Assembly (NCBI GenBank): GCA_963776245.1
Contig: CAVZLN010000004.1
Location: 160,001-224,000, forward strand
DNA length: 64,000 nucleotides
From: Candidatus Eiseniibacteriota bacterium
GTDB taxonomy: Bacteria; Eisenbacteria; RBG-16-71-46
Direction: 5' to 3'
The notes under the pieces are model-generated. The model made no database searches, had not been told where the DNA came from, and worked only from the letters and a program-made list of their open reading frames with translations. A program made the position numbers and the translations under genes. Position 1 is the stretch's first letter, and every line of letters begins with the position of its first letter. This document shows positions 22,493 to 32,335 of the stretch, in pieces.

Positions 22493-23742
22493 GCCTGGCG
22501 TGGAGAGCGTACCGGACGGTGGCGCCGATGCTCGGGGCGCTCGCGCCCGCGGCGCGCTGGCTGGCCTCCCCGCCGGAGCGGGTGCTGTGGGGAGAGCGCA
22601 TGGGCCACGCCGAGGTCGATGGCCCCTGCGACGCGTGGGTGCACTCGGCGTCCCTCGGCGAGGCGGGCGCGGTGCCGCCGCTGGTGCGCGAGTTGTCGGC
22701 CCTGCAGCCCGGCGCCCGGCTCTACCTGACCGCCACGACGCGGGCGGGACGGGCGCGCCTGCAGTCGCTCGGTCTCCCGGTCTCGCTCGCCCCCATCGAC
22801 GCTCCGCAGGCGGTGGCGCGGTTCTTCGATCGGGTGAGACCGCGGCGCGTCCTGGTGGTCGAGACCGAGCTGTGGCCCCACTGGCTGATGCGTGCGCGCG
22901 CATCGGGGGTCCCGGTGGCGTTCGTGAGCGCACGGCTCTCGGAGCGCTCGCGCCGCGGATATGCCGGGCTCGGGCAGGGACTGCGTGCGCTGACCGGCGG
23001 CGTGGCGGGAGCGCTCTGCCAGACCGCCGCGGACGCCGCGCGCTGGATCGACATCGGGGTGCCGCGCGAGCGGGTCGCGGTGGTGGGCAATCTCAAGGAC
23101 GATGGGCTGCCGGAGGGAGCGCAGGATCGCAGCGCGGCGAGGCGCGCCTTCGGTCTGGAGGGCGGGCGCCCGCTGCTGGTGCTGGGAAGCCTCCGGCCGG
23201 GCGAGGGTCGGCTGGTGGCGCAGGCGTGGAAGACCCTCGATGAGGACGTGCGTGGCCGCTGGCAGGTGGTCGCGGTGCCACGGCATCCGCGCGCCGCGGC
23301 GGACCTGCGCGAGGAGGTCGGCCGGGCGGGCGTGCGGGTGGTCGACGGGGGCATCCCGCGCGATGGCGAGTGGCGCTGGGAAGAGCGGCTCGGGGTCCTG
23401 AACGCCTGGTACGCCGGGGCCGACGTGGCGTTCGTGGGGGGCAGCCTGCTGCCCTACGGCGGGCACAACCCGCTCGAGCCGGCGGCGTGCGGCGCCGCGG
23501 TGCTGGTGGGGTCGCATACCGCTTCCCAGGCCGCCGCGATCGATGCGCTCGAGGCGCACGGCGCGCTGCGCGTCGCGCGGGACGCGGGGGGGCTTGCGGC
23601 GGCGCTGCGCGAATTGCTCGGCGACACGGGGGCGCGCGATGCGGCCTCGCGGGCGGGGCTGGCGACCGTGGCCGAGGCGCGGGGCGCGGCGCGCCGCGCG
23701 GCGCACCTGCTGGTGGAGTGGCGGCTGTGGCCGACCGACTGA
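22489..23742 (+). CDS. waaA: 3-deoxy-D-manno-octulosonic acid (Kdo) transferase
   Basis: WVHSASLGE, ETELWP, SARLSERS, GNLK.D, VPRHP and FVGGSL.P.GGHNPLEPA. Confidence 0.92.
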   Translation: MSLAWRAYRTVAPMLGALAPAARWLASPPERVLWGERMGHAEVDGPCDAWVHSASLGEAGAVPPLVRELSALQPGARLYLTATTRAGRARLQSLGLPVSLAPIDAPQAVARFFDRVRPRRVLVVETELWPHWLMRARASGVPVAFVSARLSERSRRGYAGLGQGLRALTGGVAGALCQTAADAARWIDIGVPRERVAVVGNLKDDGLPEGAQDRSAARRAFGLEGGRPLLVLGSLRPGEGRLVAQAWKTLDEDVRGRWQVVAVPRHPRAAADLREEVGRAGVRVVDGGIPRDGEWRWEERLGVLNAWYAGADVAFVGGSLLPYGGHNPLEPAACGAAVLVGSHTASQAAAIDALEAHGALRVARDAGGLAAALRELLGDTGARDAASRAGLATVAEARGAARRAAHLLVEWRLWPTD

Positions 23743-24695
23743 GAGGCGCGCTGCTGGGCGCGGGGGAGTCGCTGATGCGCGCGGCGTGGGACCTGCGCCG
23801 GCGGACGTACGCGTTCGGGCTGCGCAGCCCGGAACGGGTGGATGCGCGGGTGGTGAGCGTGGGCAATCTGAGCGTGGGCGGCACCGGCAAGACCACGCTC
23901 ACGATCCACCTCGCCCGGCGCGCCCGCGCCGCGGGGCTGAACGTGGCCGTGGTGTGCCGACGCTACCACCCGGGCCCGGGCGGGCGGGGCGACGAGGAAC
24001 TGCTCTACGTCGCGGCACTCGGGCAGGCCGGGGTGCGCGCCGGCCGGGTGAAGCGCGAGCTGTCACGGGCGGCGGCGGCGGCCGGACACGACTGGATCGT
24101 GGTCGACGATGGGTTCTCGCACTGGGGGCTGGCCCGCGACCTCGACATCGTGCTGCTGGACGCGAGCGATCCGTGGGGGGGTGGCCGGATGCTGCCGGCC
24201 GGCCGGCTGCGCGAGCCGCTGCGGGCGCTCCAGCGGGCGGGCGCCGTGGTGGTGACACGCCTCGCCCGGGACCAGGACCCGGCGCCGCTGCTCGAGGCGG
24301 CGCACCGCGCGGCTCCGGCGGCGGCGCTCGGGGCGGCGCGCCACCGCGTGGCGGGAGTGCGCGGGCTCGACGGAGGCGCCCCGCCGGCCGGGCGCGTGCG
24401 CGTGGTGACGGCGACCGGCAATCCGGGCGCCGTGCGCGCCTCCGCGCTCGAGGCCGGGCTCGAGGTGGTGGGGCTGGCGAGCTACCCGGACCATCACTGG
24501 TTCGCGGTCGCGGAGGCGCGGCGCGAAGCCGCGCGCGCGCGCGGCGATCGGGCACAGGTTCTGGTCACGGCCAAGGACGCGGTACGCTGGCCGCGCGCGG
24601 TCGCGCCAGAGGAGGTGCGGGTGCTCGAGGTGGAGTGGGCCTGGGTGACCGGCGGCGAGCGGATCGAGCGGCTCGCGCTGGGCGAGGAGGACTGA
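23727..24695 (+). CDS. lpxK: Tetraacyldisaccharide 4'-kinase
   Basis: VSVGNLSVGGTGKT, GDE, DDGFSH, LPAGRLREP, YPDHH and TAKDAVR; start uncertain. Confidence 0.9.
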   Translation: MADRLRGALLGAGESLMRAAWDLRRRTYAFGLRSPERVDARVVSVGNLSVGGTGKTTLTIHLARRARAAGLNVAVVCRRYHPGPGGRGDEELLYVAALGQAGVRAGRVKRELSRAAAAAGHDWIVVDDGFSHWGLARDLDIVLLDASDPWGGGRMLPAGRLREPLRALQRAGAVVVTRLARDQDPAPLLEAAHRAAPAAALGAARHRVAGVRGLDGGAPPAGRVRVVTATGNPGAVRASALEAGLEVVGLASYPDHHWFAVAEARREAARARGDRAQVLVTAKDAVRWPRAVAPEEVRVLEVEWAWVTGGERIERLALGEED

Positions 24696-26329
24696 TGCCG
24701 GAGACCGACGTGCTCATCCTGGGGAGCGGCATCGCCGGTCTGTCGCTGGCGCTCGAGGCCGCGGAGCACGGGCAGGTGCTGGTGCTCACCAAGCAGGCCG
24801 CGGAGGACTCGAGCACCAACTGGGCACAGGGCGGGATCGCCGCGGTGTTCGGACGCGAGGATTCCTTCCGCGACCACCAGCGCGATACGCTCGCGTGCGG
24901 CGCCGGCCTCTCCGATCCGGACGTGGTGCGGCAGGTGGTCCGCGAGGCCCCCGAGCGGGTCCGCGGGCTGGCCGCCATGGGCGTGCCGTTCACCCTCGCG
25001 GCGCGGGGCTTCGCCCTCGGTCGCGAGGGCGGGCATTCCCACCGGCGCATCGTGCACGCCAGCGACTTCACCGGCCAGGCCATCGAGCGCGTGCTCATCG
25101 AGCGGGTGCGTGCGCACCCGCGGATCCGGATGCTCGAGCGCCACTTCGGGGTGGACCTGATCCTCGATTCCCGGCTGCGTGGCTCCGGCGCGCGCCGCGG
25201 CCCCGACGCCTGCTGGGGGGCGTACGTGATGGACCGGGCCAGCGGGCGGATCCGCGCGGTGACCGCGCGCGTCACCGTGCTGGCCACCGGCGGCTGCGGC
25301 AAGGTGTATCTCTACACCAGCAATCCCGATGTCGCGACCGGCGACGGGATCGCGATGGCGTACCGGGCCGGACTTCCGGTGGCGAACCTCGAGTTCGTCC
25401 AGTTCCATCCCACCTGCCTGTTCCATCCGCGCGCCAAGTCGTTCCTGCTGAGCGAGGCCCTGCGCGGCGAGGGCGCCGTGCTGCGCACCATCGGCGGCGA
25501 GCGCTTCATGCCGCGCTATCACCGGCTCGCCGAACTCGCGCCGCGCGACGTGGTGGCGCGCGCCATCGACCGCGAGATGAAGCGGCGCGGCGATCCTCAC
25601 GTCTACCTCGACATCACGCGCGAGCGGGCCTCGCGGGTGCGCGCGCGGTTCCCGAACATCGACGCCGCGCTGCGCGGGCTGGGCTTCGATCTGACGCGCG
25701 AGCCCATCCCGGTGGTCCCCGCCGCGCACTACATGTGCGGCGGCGTGGTGGCGACGCTCTCGGGGCGCACCGCGGTGAAGGGACTGCTCGCCATCGGCGA
25801 GACCGCCTGCACCGGACTGCACGGCGCGAACCGGCTGGCGAGCAATTCGCTGCTCGAGGCGCTGGTGTCCGCGCACCACGCAGTGGCCGAGGTCGAGCGG
25901 CGGCTGGCCGCGGTGCGGCGAGCGCCGCGCGCCGCCGAGTGGTCGGCGGCGGGCACCCGCCCGGCGCTGGAGAGCGTGGTGTTCGAGCACGACTGGGACG
26001 GGGTGCGGCGGGTGATGTGGGACCTGGTGGGCATCGTGCGCACCGACCAGCGTCTCCACTACGCCGACCGTCGGCTGGCGTTGCTGCGCGACGAGATCGA
26101 GGAGGCGTACCGCGCCTCGCGTCTGACCCCCGACCTGGTCGAATTGCGCAACATCGCGCTGGTGGGCAGCCTGGTGGTGCGCTGCGCGCAACGGCGTCAC
26201 GAGAGCCGCGGGCTGCACTACAACCTCGACCATCCGCGGCGCGACCGCGTGCGCGGGACACGGCCGAGCGTGGTCCGCCTGCCGGCCGGGGGCCGTGCGC
26301 TTGCCGCGCGCGCGCGCGCCGACCTATAG
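24695..26329 (+). CDS. nadB: L-aspartate oxidase
   Basis: GSGIAGL, STNWAQGGIAA, REGGHS.RRIVH, QFHPT, SEALRGEG, ELAPRD, HYMCGG and HGANRLASNSLLE. Confidence 0.95.
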   Translation: MPETDVLILGSGIAGLSLALEAAEHGQVLVLTKQAAEDSSTNWAQGGIAAVFGREDSFRDHQRDTLACGAGLSDPDVVRQVVREAPERVRGLAAMGVPFTLAARGFALGREGGHSHRRIVHASDFTGQAIERVLIERVRAHPRIRMLERHFGVDLILDSRLRGSGARRGPDACWGAYVMDRASGRIRAVTARVTVLATGGCGKVYLYTSNPDVATGDGIAMAYRAGLPVANLEFVQFHPTCLFHPRAKSFLLSEALRGEGAVLRTIGGERFMPRYHRLAELAPRDVVARAIDREMKRRGDPHVYLDITRERASRVRARFPNIDAALRGLGFDLTREPIPVVPAAHYMCGGVVATLSGRTAVKGLLAIGETACTGLHGANRLASNSLLEALVSAHHAVAEVERRLAAVRRAPRAAEWSAAGTRPALESVVFEHDWDGVRRVMWDLVGIVRTDQRLHYADRRLALLRDEIEEAYRASRLTPDLVELRNIALVGSLVVRCAQRRHESRGLHYNLDHPRRDRVRGTRPSVVRLPAGGRALAARARADL

Positions 26330-26330
26330 T
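26301..26330 (+). promoter_or_regulatory. Internal sigma70-type promoter in the 3' end of nadB
   Basis: TTGCCG-18 nt-TATAGT, followed by a GGAGG RBS and the ATG at 26357. Confidence 0.5.
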
Positions 26331-26356
26331 CCTCCGCTCCGGAGGACCCCGCGCTC

Positions 26357-26785
26357 ATGAGCTCCACCGATCACGCGTTCTGGGATGCCGTGGACCGCAT
26401 CGTCGAGTCGGGCAGCCCGTACCGGCGCGAAGCCTATCGGTTCGTGGTGCAGGCGCTCGGGACGGCCGTGGCCGGGCTCCCCGAGGACCGCCGGGACGAC
26501 CCCGAACGCCGCCACCTCTCGGGGCAGGAACTGCTCGAGGCGGTGGTGACGACCGCGCGCGAGGAGTACGGCTTCCTGGCGGCCACGGTCTTCGCCGAGT
26601 GGGGAGTGGCGGGCGGCCAGGACATCGGGCGCATCGTCTTCGACCTGGTGGAGGCGGGGCAGTTGAGCGCACGCCCGGAGGACACGCTGGACGACTTCCT
26701 CACCCTGCCGGGATGGATCGCGGCCATCGAGTGCCCGCTGGAACCGCAGCCGCCGCGGGCCGCGCGGGGCCGGCCCGGTGTCTGA
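26357..26785 (+). CDS. Conserved hypothetical protein, Minf_1886-like (PVC-associated) family
   Basis: Y..EAY.FV..AL, RHLSGQELL, A.EEYG.LA.TV..WG, DIG.IVF.LVE.G.L and EDTLDDF match the family as I recall it. Confidence 0.75.
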   Translation: MSSTDHAFWDAVDRIVESGSPYRREAYRFVVQALGTAVAGLPEDRRDDPERRHLSGQELLEAVVTTAREEYGFLAATVFAEWGVAGGQDIGRIVFDLVEAGQLSARPEDTLDDFLTLPGWIAAIECPLEPQPPRAARGRPGV

Positions 26786-26839
26786 CCCGCGCGACGCCGG
26801 ACGTGCCGCGGGCGCGGGCCGCCGCGAGGCCAGGCGCGC

Positions 26840-28690
26840 GTGAGGACGTACCTGCGGCTGCTGGGCTACCTGGCGCCCTACCGCGCGCGCGTCGCGCTCG
26901 CGCTCGGGTGCATGCTGGTGTTCGGGATCACCTCCGCGCTCTCGATCGGCGCCGTCTCCCCGTTCATGCAGGTGCTGTTCGAGCGCGGCGGGGCCGGCAC
27001 GCCGGCGACCTCCGCGATCGCGGCCGCGGGGCGTCACGCGGGGGGGCAGGATCCGCTCCGGTTCCTGCCCGCGGGCGCGCGTGCGCGCGTCGAACACGTG
27101 CTGCTCGAGGCGCCGCCGCTGGTCGCGCTCGAGCGCGTGTGCGTGTTCATCCTGGTGGTGATGCTGATCAAGAACCTCGCCGACTATCTGCAGGGGTTCC
27201 TGATGGTCTCGGTGGAGCAGGCGGTCATCCGGGACATCCGCGACGCGCTCAACGCCCACCTCCAGCGGCTGCCGCTCGGCTACTTCCATGGCGCGCGGAG
27301 TGGCGTGCTGCTGGCGCGGGTCACCAACGACGTCGACTACCTCCGTGCGCTGCTCGCTTCGAGCGTGAGCGACCTGGTGAAGGACGGGCTCCAGCTCCTC
27401 GGCAGCCTCGCGCTGGCGGTGCTCGCCTCGTGGAGACTGGCGCTCCTCTCGGCGCTCATCCTGCCTCCGGCGATGCTCGCGGTGGTGGTCATCGGCCGCA
27501 TGACGAGCCGGCGCTCGGGTCAGGCCCAGGAGCGCATGGCCGACATGACCAGCCAGCTCCAGCAGACCCTGTACGGCGCGCGCGTGGTGAAGGCGTTCGG
27601 CGCCGAGGGCCGCGAGCGCGAGCGGTTCGCGAGGATCAACCGGCGCTTCTTCGAGGCGTACGTCCGGTTGCGCCGCATCTCGGCGGCGGCCAAGCCGGTG
27701 AGCGAGTACACCATGGTGCTGGTGGCGGTCGTCATGCTGTGGTTCGGCGGCCGCGAGATCTTCGTGAGCCACACCCTCGAGCCTCACACCTTCATCCTGT
27801 TCGTGACCGCGCTGCTGTCGACGATCTCGCCCGTGAAGGGGCTCGCCGACGTGAACACCAACGTCCACCAGGGCATCGCGGCCGCGCGCCGGGTGTTCGA
27901 GGTGCTCGACACCGCGCCCACCGTGACCGACCGGCCGGGAGCGCGCGCGCTGCCGCCGTTCCGGGAGCAGGTGCGCTACGAGGGCGTGACGTTCGCCTAC
28001 GAGGCGGACCGTCCGGTGGTGCGGGACGTCACCTTCGAGATCGCGCGGGGCGAGGTGGTGGCGCTGGTGGGCTCGAGCGGGTCGGGCAAGAGCACCACCA
28101 TGGACCTGCTGGCGCGCTTCTACGATCCGCTGGCCGGACGCGTCACCATCGACGGACACGACCTGCGGGATCTCACCGTGGAGTCGCTGCGCGCCCAGCT
28201 CGGGATCGTCACGCAGGAGACCCTGCTGTTCCACGACACGGTGCGCGAGAACATCGCCTACGGCGTTCCGGACGCGAGCGACGAGGCCGTGCGTGCCGCC
28301 GCCCAGGCCGCCAATGCCGCCGCGTTCATCGAGCGGCTGCCGAAGGGGTACGGGACGGTCATCGGAGAGCGCGGCGCGCGGCTGTCGGGCGGGGAGCGCC
28401 AGCGGGTGGCGATCGCGCGCGCGCTGCTGCGCAATCCAGCGATCCTGCTGCTCGACGAGGCCACCTCGGCGCTCGACACCGAGAGCGAGCGCCTGGTGCA
28501 GGACGCGCTCGAACGCCTGATGCGCGAACGCACCGTGCTGGTCATCGCGCACCGCCTGTCCACGGTGCAGCACGCCGACCGCATCGTGGTGCTGGACGCC
28601 GGGCGCGTGGTGGCGTCCGGCACCCACGTCGAGCTGCTGGCGCAGGGGGGGATCTACCGCCGGCTGCACGACCTCCAGTTCGCGGACTGA
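26840..28690 (+). CDS. msbA: Lipid A-core flippase MsbA-like ABC exporter
   Basis: TM domain plus NBD ([34 protein letters not shown]); located in the LPS cluster. Confidence 0.82.
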   Translation: MRTYLRLLGYLAPYRARVALALGCMLVFGITSALSIGAVSPFMQVLFERGGAGTPATSAIAAAGRHAGGQDPLRFLPAGARARVEHVLLEAPPLVALERVCVFILVVMLIKNLADYLQGFLMVSVEQAVIRDIRDALNAHLQRLPLGYFHGARSGVLLARVTNDVDYLRALLASSVSDLVKDGLQLLGSLALAVLASWRLALLSALILPPAMLAVVVIGRMTSRRSGQAQERMADMTSQLQQTLYGARVVKAFGAEGRERERFARINRRFFEAYVRLRRISAAAKPVSEYTMVLVAVVMLWFGGREIFVSHTLEPHTFILFVTALLSTISPVKGLADVNTNVHQGIAAARRVFEVLDTAPTVTDRPGARALPPFREQVRYEGVTFAYEADRPVVRDVTFEIARGEVVALVGSSGSGKSTTMDLLARFYDPLAGRVTIDGHDLRDLTVESLRAQLGIVTQETLLFHDTVRENIAYGVPDASDEAVRAAAQAANAAAFIERLPKGYGTVIGERGARLSGGERQRVAIARALLRNPAILLLDEATSALDTESERLVQDALERLMRERTVLVIAHRLSTVQHADRIVVLDAGRVVASGTHVELLAQGGIYRRLHDLQFAD

Positions 28691-28692
28691 AG

Positions 28693-29734
28693 GTGGCGCG
28701 CCGCCCGCGACCGGTGCCGATCCCGCCCGGGGGGTTCCGCGAGATCGCGGTGCTGCGTCTGTCCTCGCTCGGCGACGTGGTGCTCACCCTGCCGGTGGTG
28801 CATGCGCTCCGGGCGGCCTTCCCGCAGGCGCGGCTCCACTACTGGGTCAAGGAGGAGTTCGCGGACGTGGTGCGCCACGATCCCGCGATCGACCACGTGC
28901 GGGTGCTGGAGGCCGACGCCCGGCGGATCGAGGACCTGGTGTCGATGAGCGCCGAGCTCGAGGACTGCGACCTGATCGTGGACCTGCACGGCAACGCGCG
29001 CACGCGGGTCCTCACCTTCCGCCAGCGCGCGCCGGTGGTGCGCGCGCCGTCGTTCCGATTCGGCCGCGCGCGCTGGGTGCACGCGCGCTGGAGCCGGCCG
29101 GGAGCGATCCCGGGAGCCGTCAGGCGCTACGCCGTGGCGCTCACGGCGCTCGGGATCGCCGTCGGGGACGAGCCGCGGGTGGGCGCGGGGGAGGAGGCCG
29201 AGCGGTGGGCCGGGGAATGGATGCGGGACTGGTCGCCGCGCGGCGCCGCCGGTGGCACTGTGCCCGGGCGCCCGTCACTTCAGCAAGCGCTGGCCGGAGG
29301 CACACTGGGTGGAGCTCGACGCGGCGCTCGCGGCCGCGGGGCGCGCGCGCCTCTACTTCGGGCTCGCCGCGGAGCGCCGCGCGCTGCCCGTGCTGACGGC
29401 CGGGGTCGAGGGTTCGCCCACCGCGCGCTGGTGCGCCGAACCACTGCCGCGGATGGCGGCACTGTTGTCGCGCTGCGCCGCCGCGGTCTCGAACGACAGC
29501 GGGCTCATGCACCTGTCCGCCGCGCGGGGTCTGCGGGTGGTGGCGCTGTTCGGCAGCACCTCGCCGGTGCTCGGCTTCGCGCCCGCCGGCCCGGGACACG
29601 TCGTGCTCTGCCGCCACGAGTCCTGCCAGCCCTGCACGCTCCATGGGCGCGCGTCGTGCCCCAGGGGACATTTCCGCTGCATGACGGCCCTCGCCCCGGC
29701 GACGGTCTTCGAGTCGCTGCGGTCGCTGCTCTGA
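28693..29734 (+). CDS. GT9 (ADP-heptose:LPS heptosyltransferase) family protein, one +1 frameshift near 29245
   Basis: RLSSLGDVVLTLP and DLHGN.RT, then in the next frame PGARHFSKRWP, NDSGLMHL, LFGST and CQPCTLHG...C..GHF.C. Confidence 0.85.
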
Positions 29735-29745
29735 GGCGCCACGCC

Positions 29746-29775
29746 TTGTCGGGCATCGCGCGCTCCTCCTATACT
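29746..29775 (+). promoter_or_regulatory. sigma70-type promoter for proS
   Basis: TTGTCG-18 nt-TATACT in the intergenic region. Confidence 0.55.
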
Positions 29776-29858
29776 CCGCGGCTGCCGGATGCCCCGCGTG
29801 CGCCGCGCGCGGGCGAGCCCGCTTCCCGCCGGATGTCCCGGCCGATGGAGATCCCCGC

Positions 29859-31301
29859 GTGACCGAAGACCAGGACCCCAGACGCTTCGTCGAGGACCTC
29901 ACCGACCAGTCCGACGACTTCTCCCGCTGGTACAACGAGGTGGTGCGCAAGGCGCAGCTCGCGGACTACTCGCCGGTGCGCGGCTCGATGGTGATCCGGC
30001 CCTACGGGTTCGCGATGTGGGAGAACATCCAGGCGCTGCTCGACGCGCGCATCAAGGCCACCGGACATCAGAACGCGTACTTCCCGCTGCTCATCCCCGA
30101 ATCGCTGCTGCAGAAGGAGGCCGATCACGTCGAGGGCTTCGCCCCCGAGTGCGCCTGGGTCACCCACGGGGGGAGCGAGAAGCTCGAGGAGCGCTACGCC
30201 ATCCGGCCCACCAGCGAGGCCATCATCGGGCACATGTACTCGCGCTGGATCGAGTCGTACCGCGACCTGCCGGTGTTGCTGAACCAGTGGTGCAACGTGA
30301 TGCGCTGGGAGAAGGTCACGCGGCTGTTCCTGCGCACCTCGGAGTTCCTGTGGCAGGAGGGGCACACCGCCCACGCCAGCCAGGCCGAGGCGCGCGAGGA
30401 GGTGCTGCGCATGCTCGAGGTCTATCGCGATTTCGCCGAGACCGACCTCGCCATGCCGGTGCACGCCGGGCCGAAGAGCGAGTCCGAGCGCTTCGCCGGC
30501 GCCGAGATGACCTACTCCATCGAAGGGCTGATGCGCGACGGCAAAGCGCTCCAGGCAGGCACCTCCCACGATCTCGGACAGCATTTCGCCCGGGTGTTCG
30601 ACATCACGTACCAGGACCCTGCGGGCGTCCGCCAGCACGTGTGGCAGACCTCGTGGGGAGTGTCCACCCGGCTCATCGGCGGCGTCATCATGACCCACGG
30701 CGACGACGCCGGGCTGCGACTGCCGCCGCGCATCGCCCCGGTGCAGGCGGTGGTGGTGCCCATCTGGCGCAAGCCGGAGGACCGCACCGCGGTGCTGGCG
30801 TTCCTGGACCGGGTGCGGGAGGCGCTCAAGGGCCGCGTGCGCCTCTACGTCGACGATCGCGAGCAGTACACCCCGGGCTGGAAGTACAACGAGCACGAGA
30901 TGCGCGGCGTGCCGCTGCGGCTCGAGGTCGGGCCGAAGGACGTGGCGAACACGGCGGTGATGAGCGTGCGGCGCGACAACCGCGCCAAGGAGAGCATCCC
31001 GCTCGCCGCGCTGGGCGAACGGGTGCCGGAGCTGCTCGAGCAGGTCCAGCAGGCGCTGTTCGACGCCGCGTACGCCTTCCGCGAGCAGAACACGGTGGTG
31101 TGCGCGACCCTCGCCGAGGTGCAGGCGCACTTCGCCGAGCAGCGCGGCTTCGCGGCCCTGCCGTGGGACGGCGATGGCGCGCTCGAGGCGGTCATCAAGC
31201 AGACCACCGGCGCGACGCTGCGCTGCATCCCGATCGACCAGAGGCCGTTCGAGGAGCGGGCCGGCGGCCGGCGGGTGGCGTTGTTCGCGCGCGCCTACTG
31301 A
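29859..31301 (+). CDS. proS: Proline--tRNA ligase, archaeal/eukaryote-like type (no editing insertion)
   Basis: DFSRWY, HVEGFAPE, IRPTSE, NQWCNVMRWE, FLRTSEFLWQEGHT, QAGTSH.LGQ, SWGVSTR and a C-terminal FARAY. Confidence 0.96.
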   Translation: MTEDQDPRRFVEDLTDQSDDFSRWYNEVVRKAQLADYSPVRGSMVIRPYGFAMWENIQALLDARIKATGHQNAYFPLLIPESLLQKEADHVEGFAPECAWVTHGGSEKLEERYAIRPTSEAIIGHMYSRWIESYRDLPVLLNQWCNVMRWEKVTRLFLRTSEFLWQEGHTAHASQAEAREEVLRMLEVYRDFAETDLAMPVHAGPKSESERFAGAEMTYSIEGLMRDGKALQAGTSHDLGQHFARVFDITYQDPAGVRQHVWQTSWGVSTRLIGGVIMTHGDDAGLRLPPRIAPVQAVVVPIWRKPEDRTAVLAFLDRVREALKGRVRLYVDDREQYTPGWKYNEHEMRGVPLRLEVGPKDVANTAVMSVRRDNRAKESIPLAALGERVPELLEQVQQALFDAAYAFREQNTVVCATLAEVQAHFAEQRGFAALPWDGDGALEAVIKQTTGATLRCIPIDQRPFEERAGGRRVALFARAY

Positions 31302-31317
31302 GCGCCCGGCCGGTCCG

Positions 31318-32335
31318 ATGGTGGCGCTGTCGCGGGTGCTCGTCCGGCTTCCCAACTGGCTCGGCGATCTGATGCTCGCCCGTCCGCTCCTGCACGGTCT
31401 GCGACGGGCGCATCCGCACGCCCGTATCCTGGGGGTGGCCCCCGCGCCGCTGCTCGAGCTCGCGACGATGGACGGCGTGCTCGACGAGAAGGTCGCGTGG
31501 CGGCGGGACCGCGCGGCCACCCTCGCCGCGACCGATGCGGTCCGGGCGTGGGGGCCCGAGGCGGCGCTGGTGCTCCCGGGGTCGTTCTCGAGCGCTTGGC
31601 TGGCGTGGCGCTCCGGGGCCCGCACTGCGCATCGGCTACCGCGGCGACGCCCGGGCCTGGCTGCTCAGTCGCGCGCTGGCGCGCCGGGAGCGCGGGGAGC
31701 GACATCTCGCGGACGAATTCCTCGCGCTCGGCGAGTCGCTCGAGGTGGTCGCGGCGCCAGCGCCGCGCCTGGCGGTGAGCGAACCGGCACGGCGCGCGGC
31801 GGCCGCCCTCCTCGAGGAGTATGGGCTGGCGCCGCGAGCCCGCTATGCCGTCCTCGCTCCGCGCTCGGCGTGGGGACCGGCCCGGGAATGGCCGCGTCCG
31901 CGCTTCTCCGCCGTGGGACGGGAACTGGTGGGCCGCGGGCTGCGGGTCGTCGTGTGCGGGACGGCGGGTGAACGCGAGACCGTGGAGCAGACCGCCCGCG
32001 ACATCGGCCCCGCCGCGATCGGCATCGCCGGACGCACCGACCTGCCCACGCTCGCGGCGTTGTGCGCGGGGGCGGCGCTCGCGGTATGCAACGACTCCGG
32101 GGTGGCGCATCTCGCGGCGGCCGTCGGCACGCCGACGGTCCAGATCTACGGTTCGGCGAGCAGCGCCTGGACGCGGGCGCTCGGCGAGCGCGTGCGCGTG
32201 GTGCAGCGTCCACCCGTGTGCTCGCCCTGCTGGCAGCGTCGCTGCCGCATCGGGTACGGCTGTCTCGACGCGGTGACCGCGGACCACGTGGTGCGGGCCT
32301 GCGGCGACCTGCTCGACCGAACGGAGCCCCGGTGA
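31318..32335 (+). CDS. waaF: Heptosyltransferase II (WaaF-like, GT9), one +1 frameshift near 31620
   Basis: RLPNWLGD and LPGSFSSA, then in the next frame RIGY, WGPAREWP, NDSGVAHLAAA and CSPCWQRRC. Confidence 0.78.

Noticed and set aside
24895..29862. 1655-aa ORF in the track
   Set aside because: An Arg/Gly/Ala-rich shadow frame over nadB and msbA, caused by high GC. Only 28693-~29245 is real (the GT9 N-terminal half).
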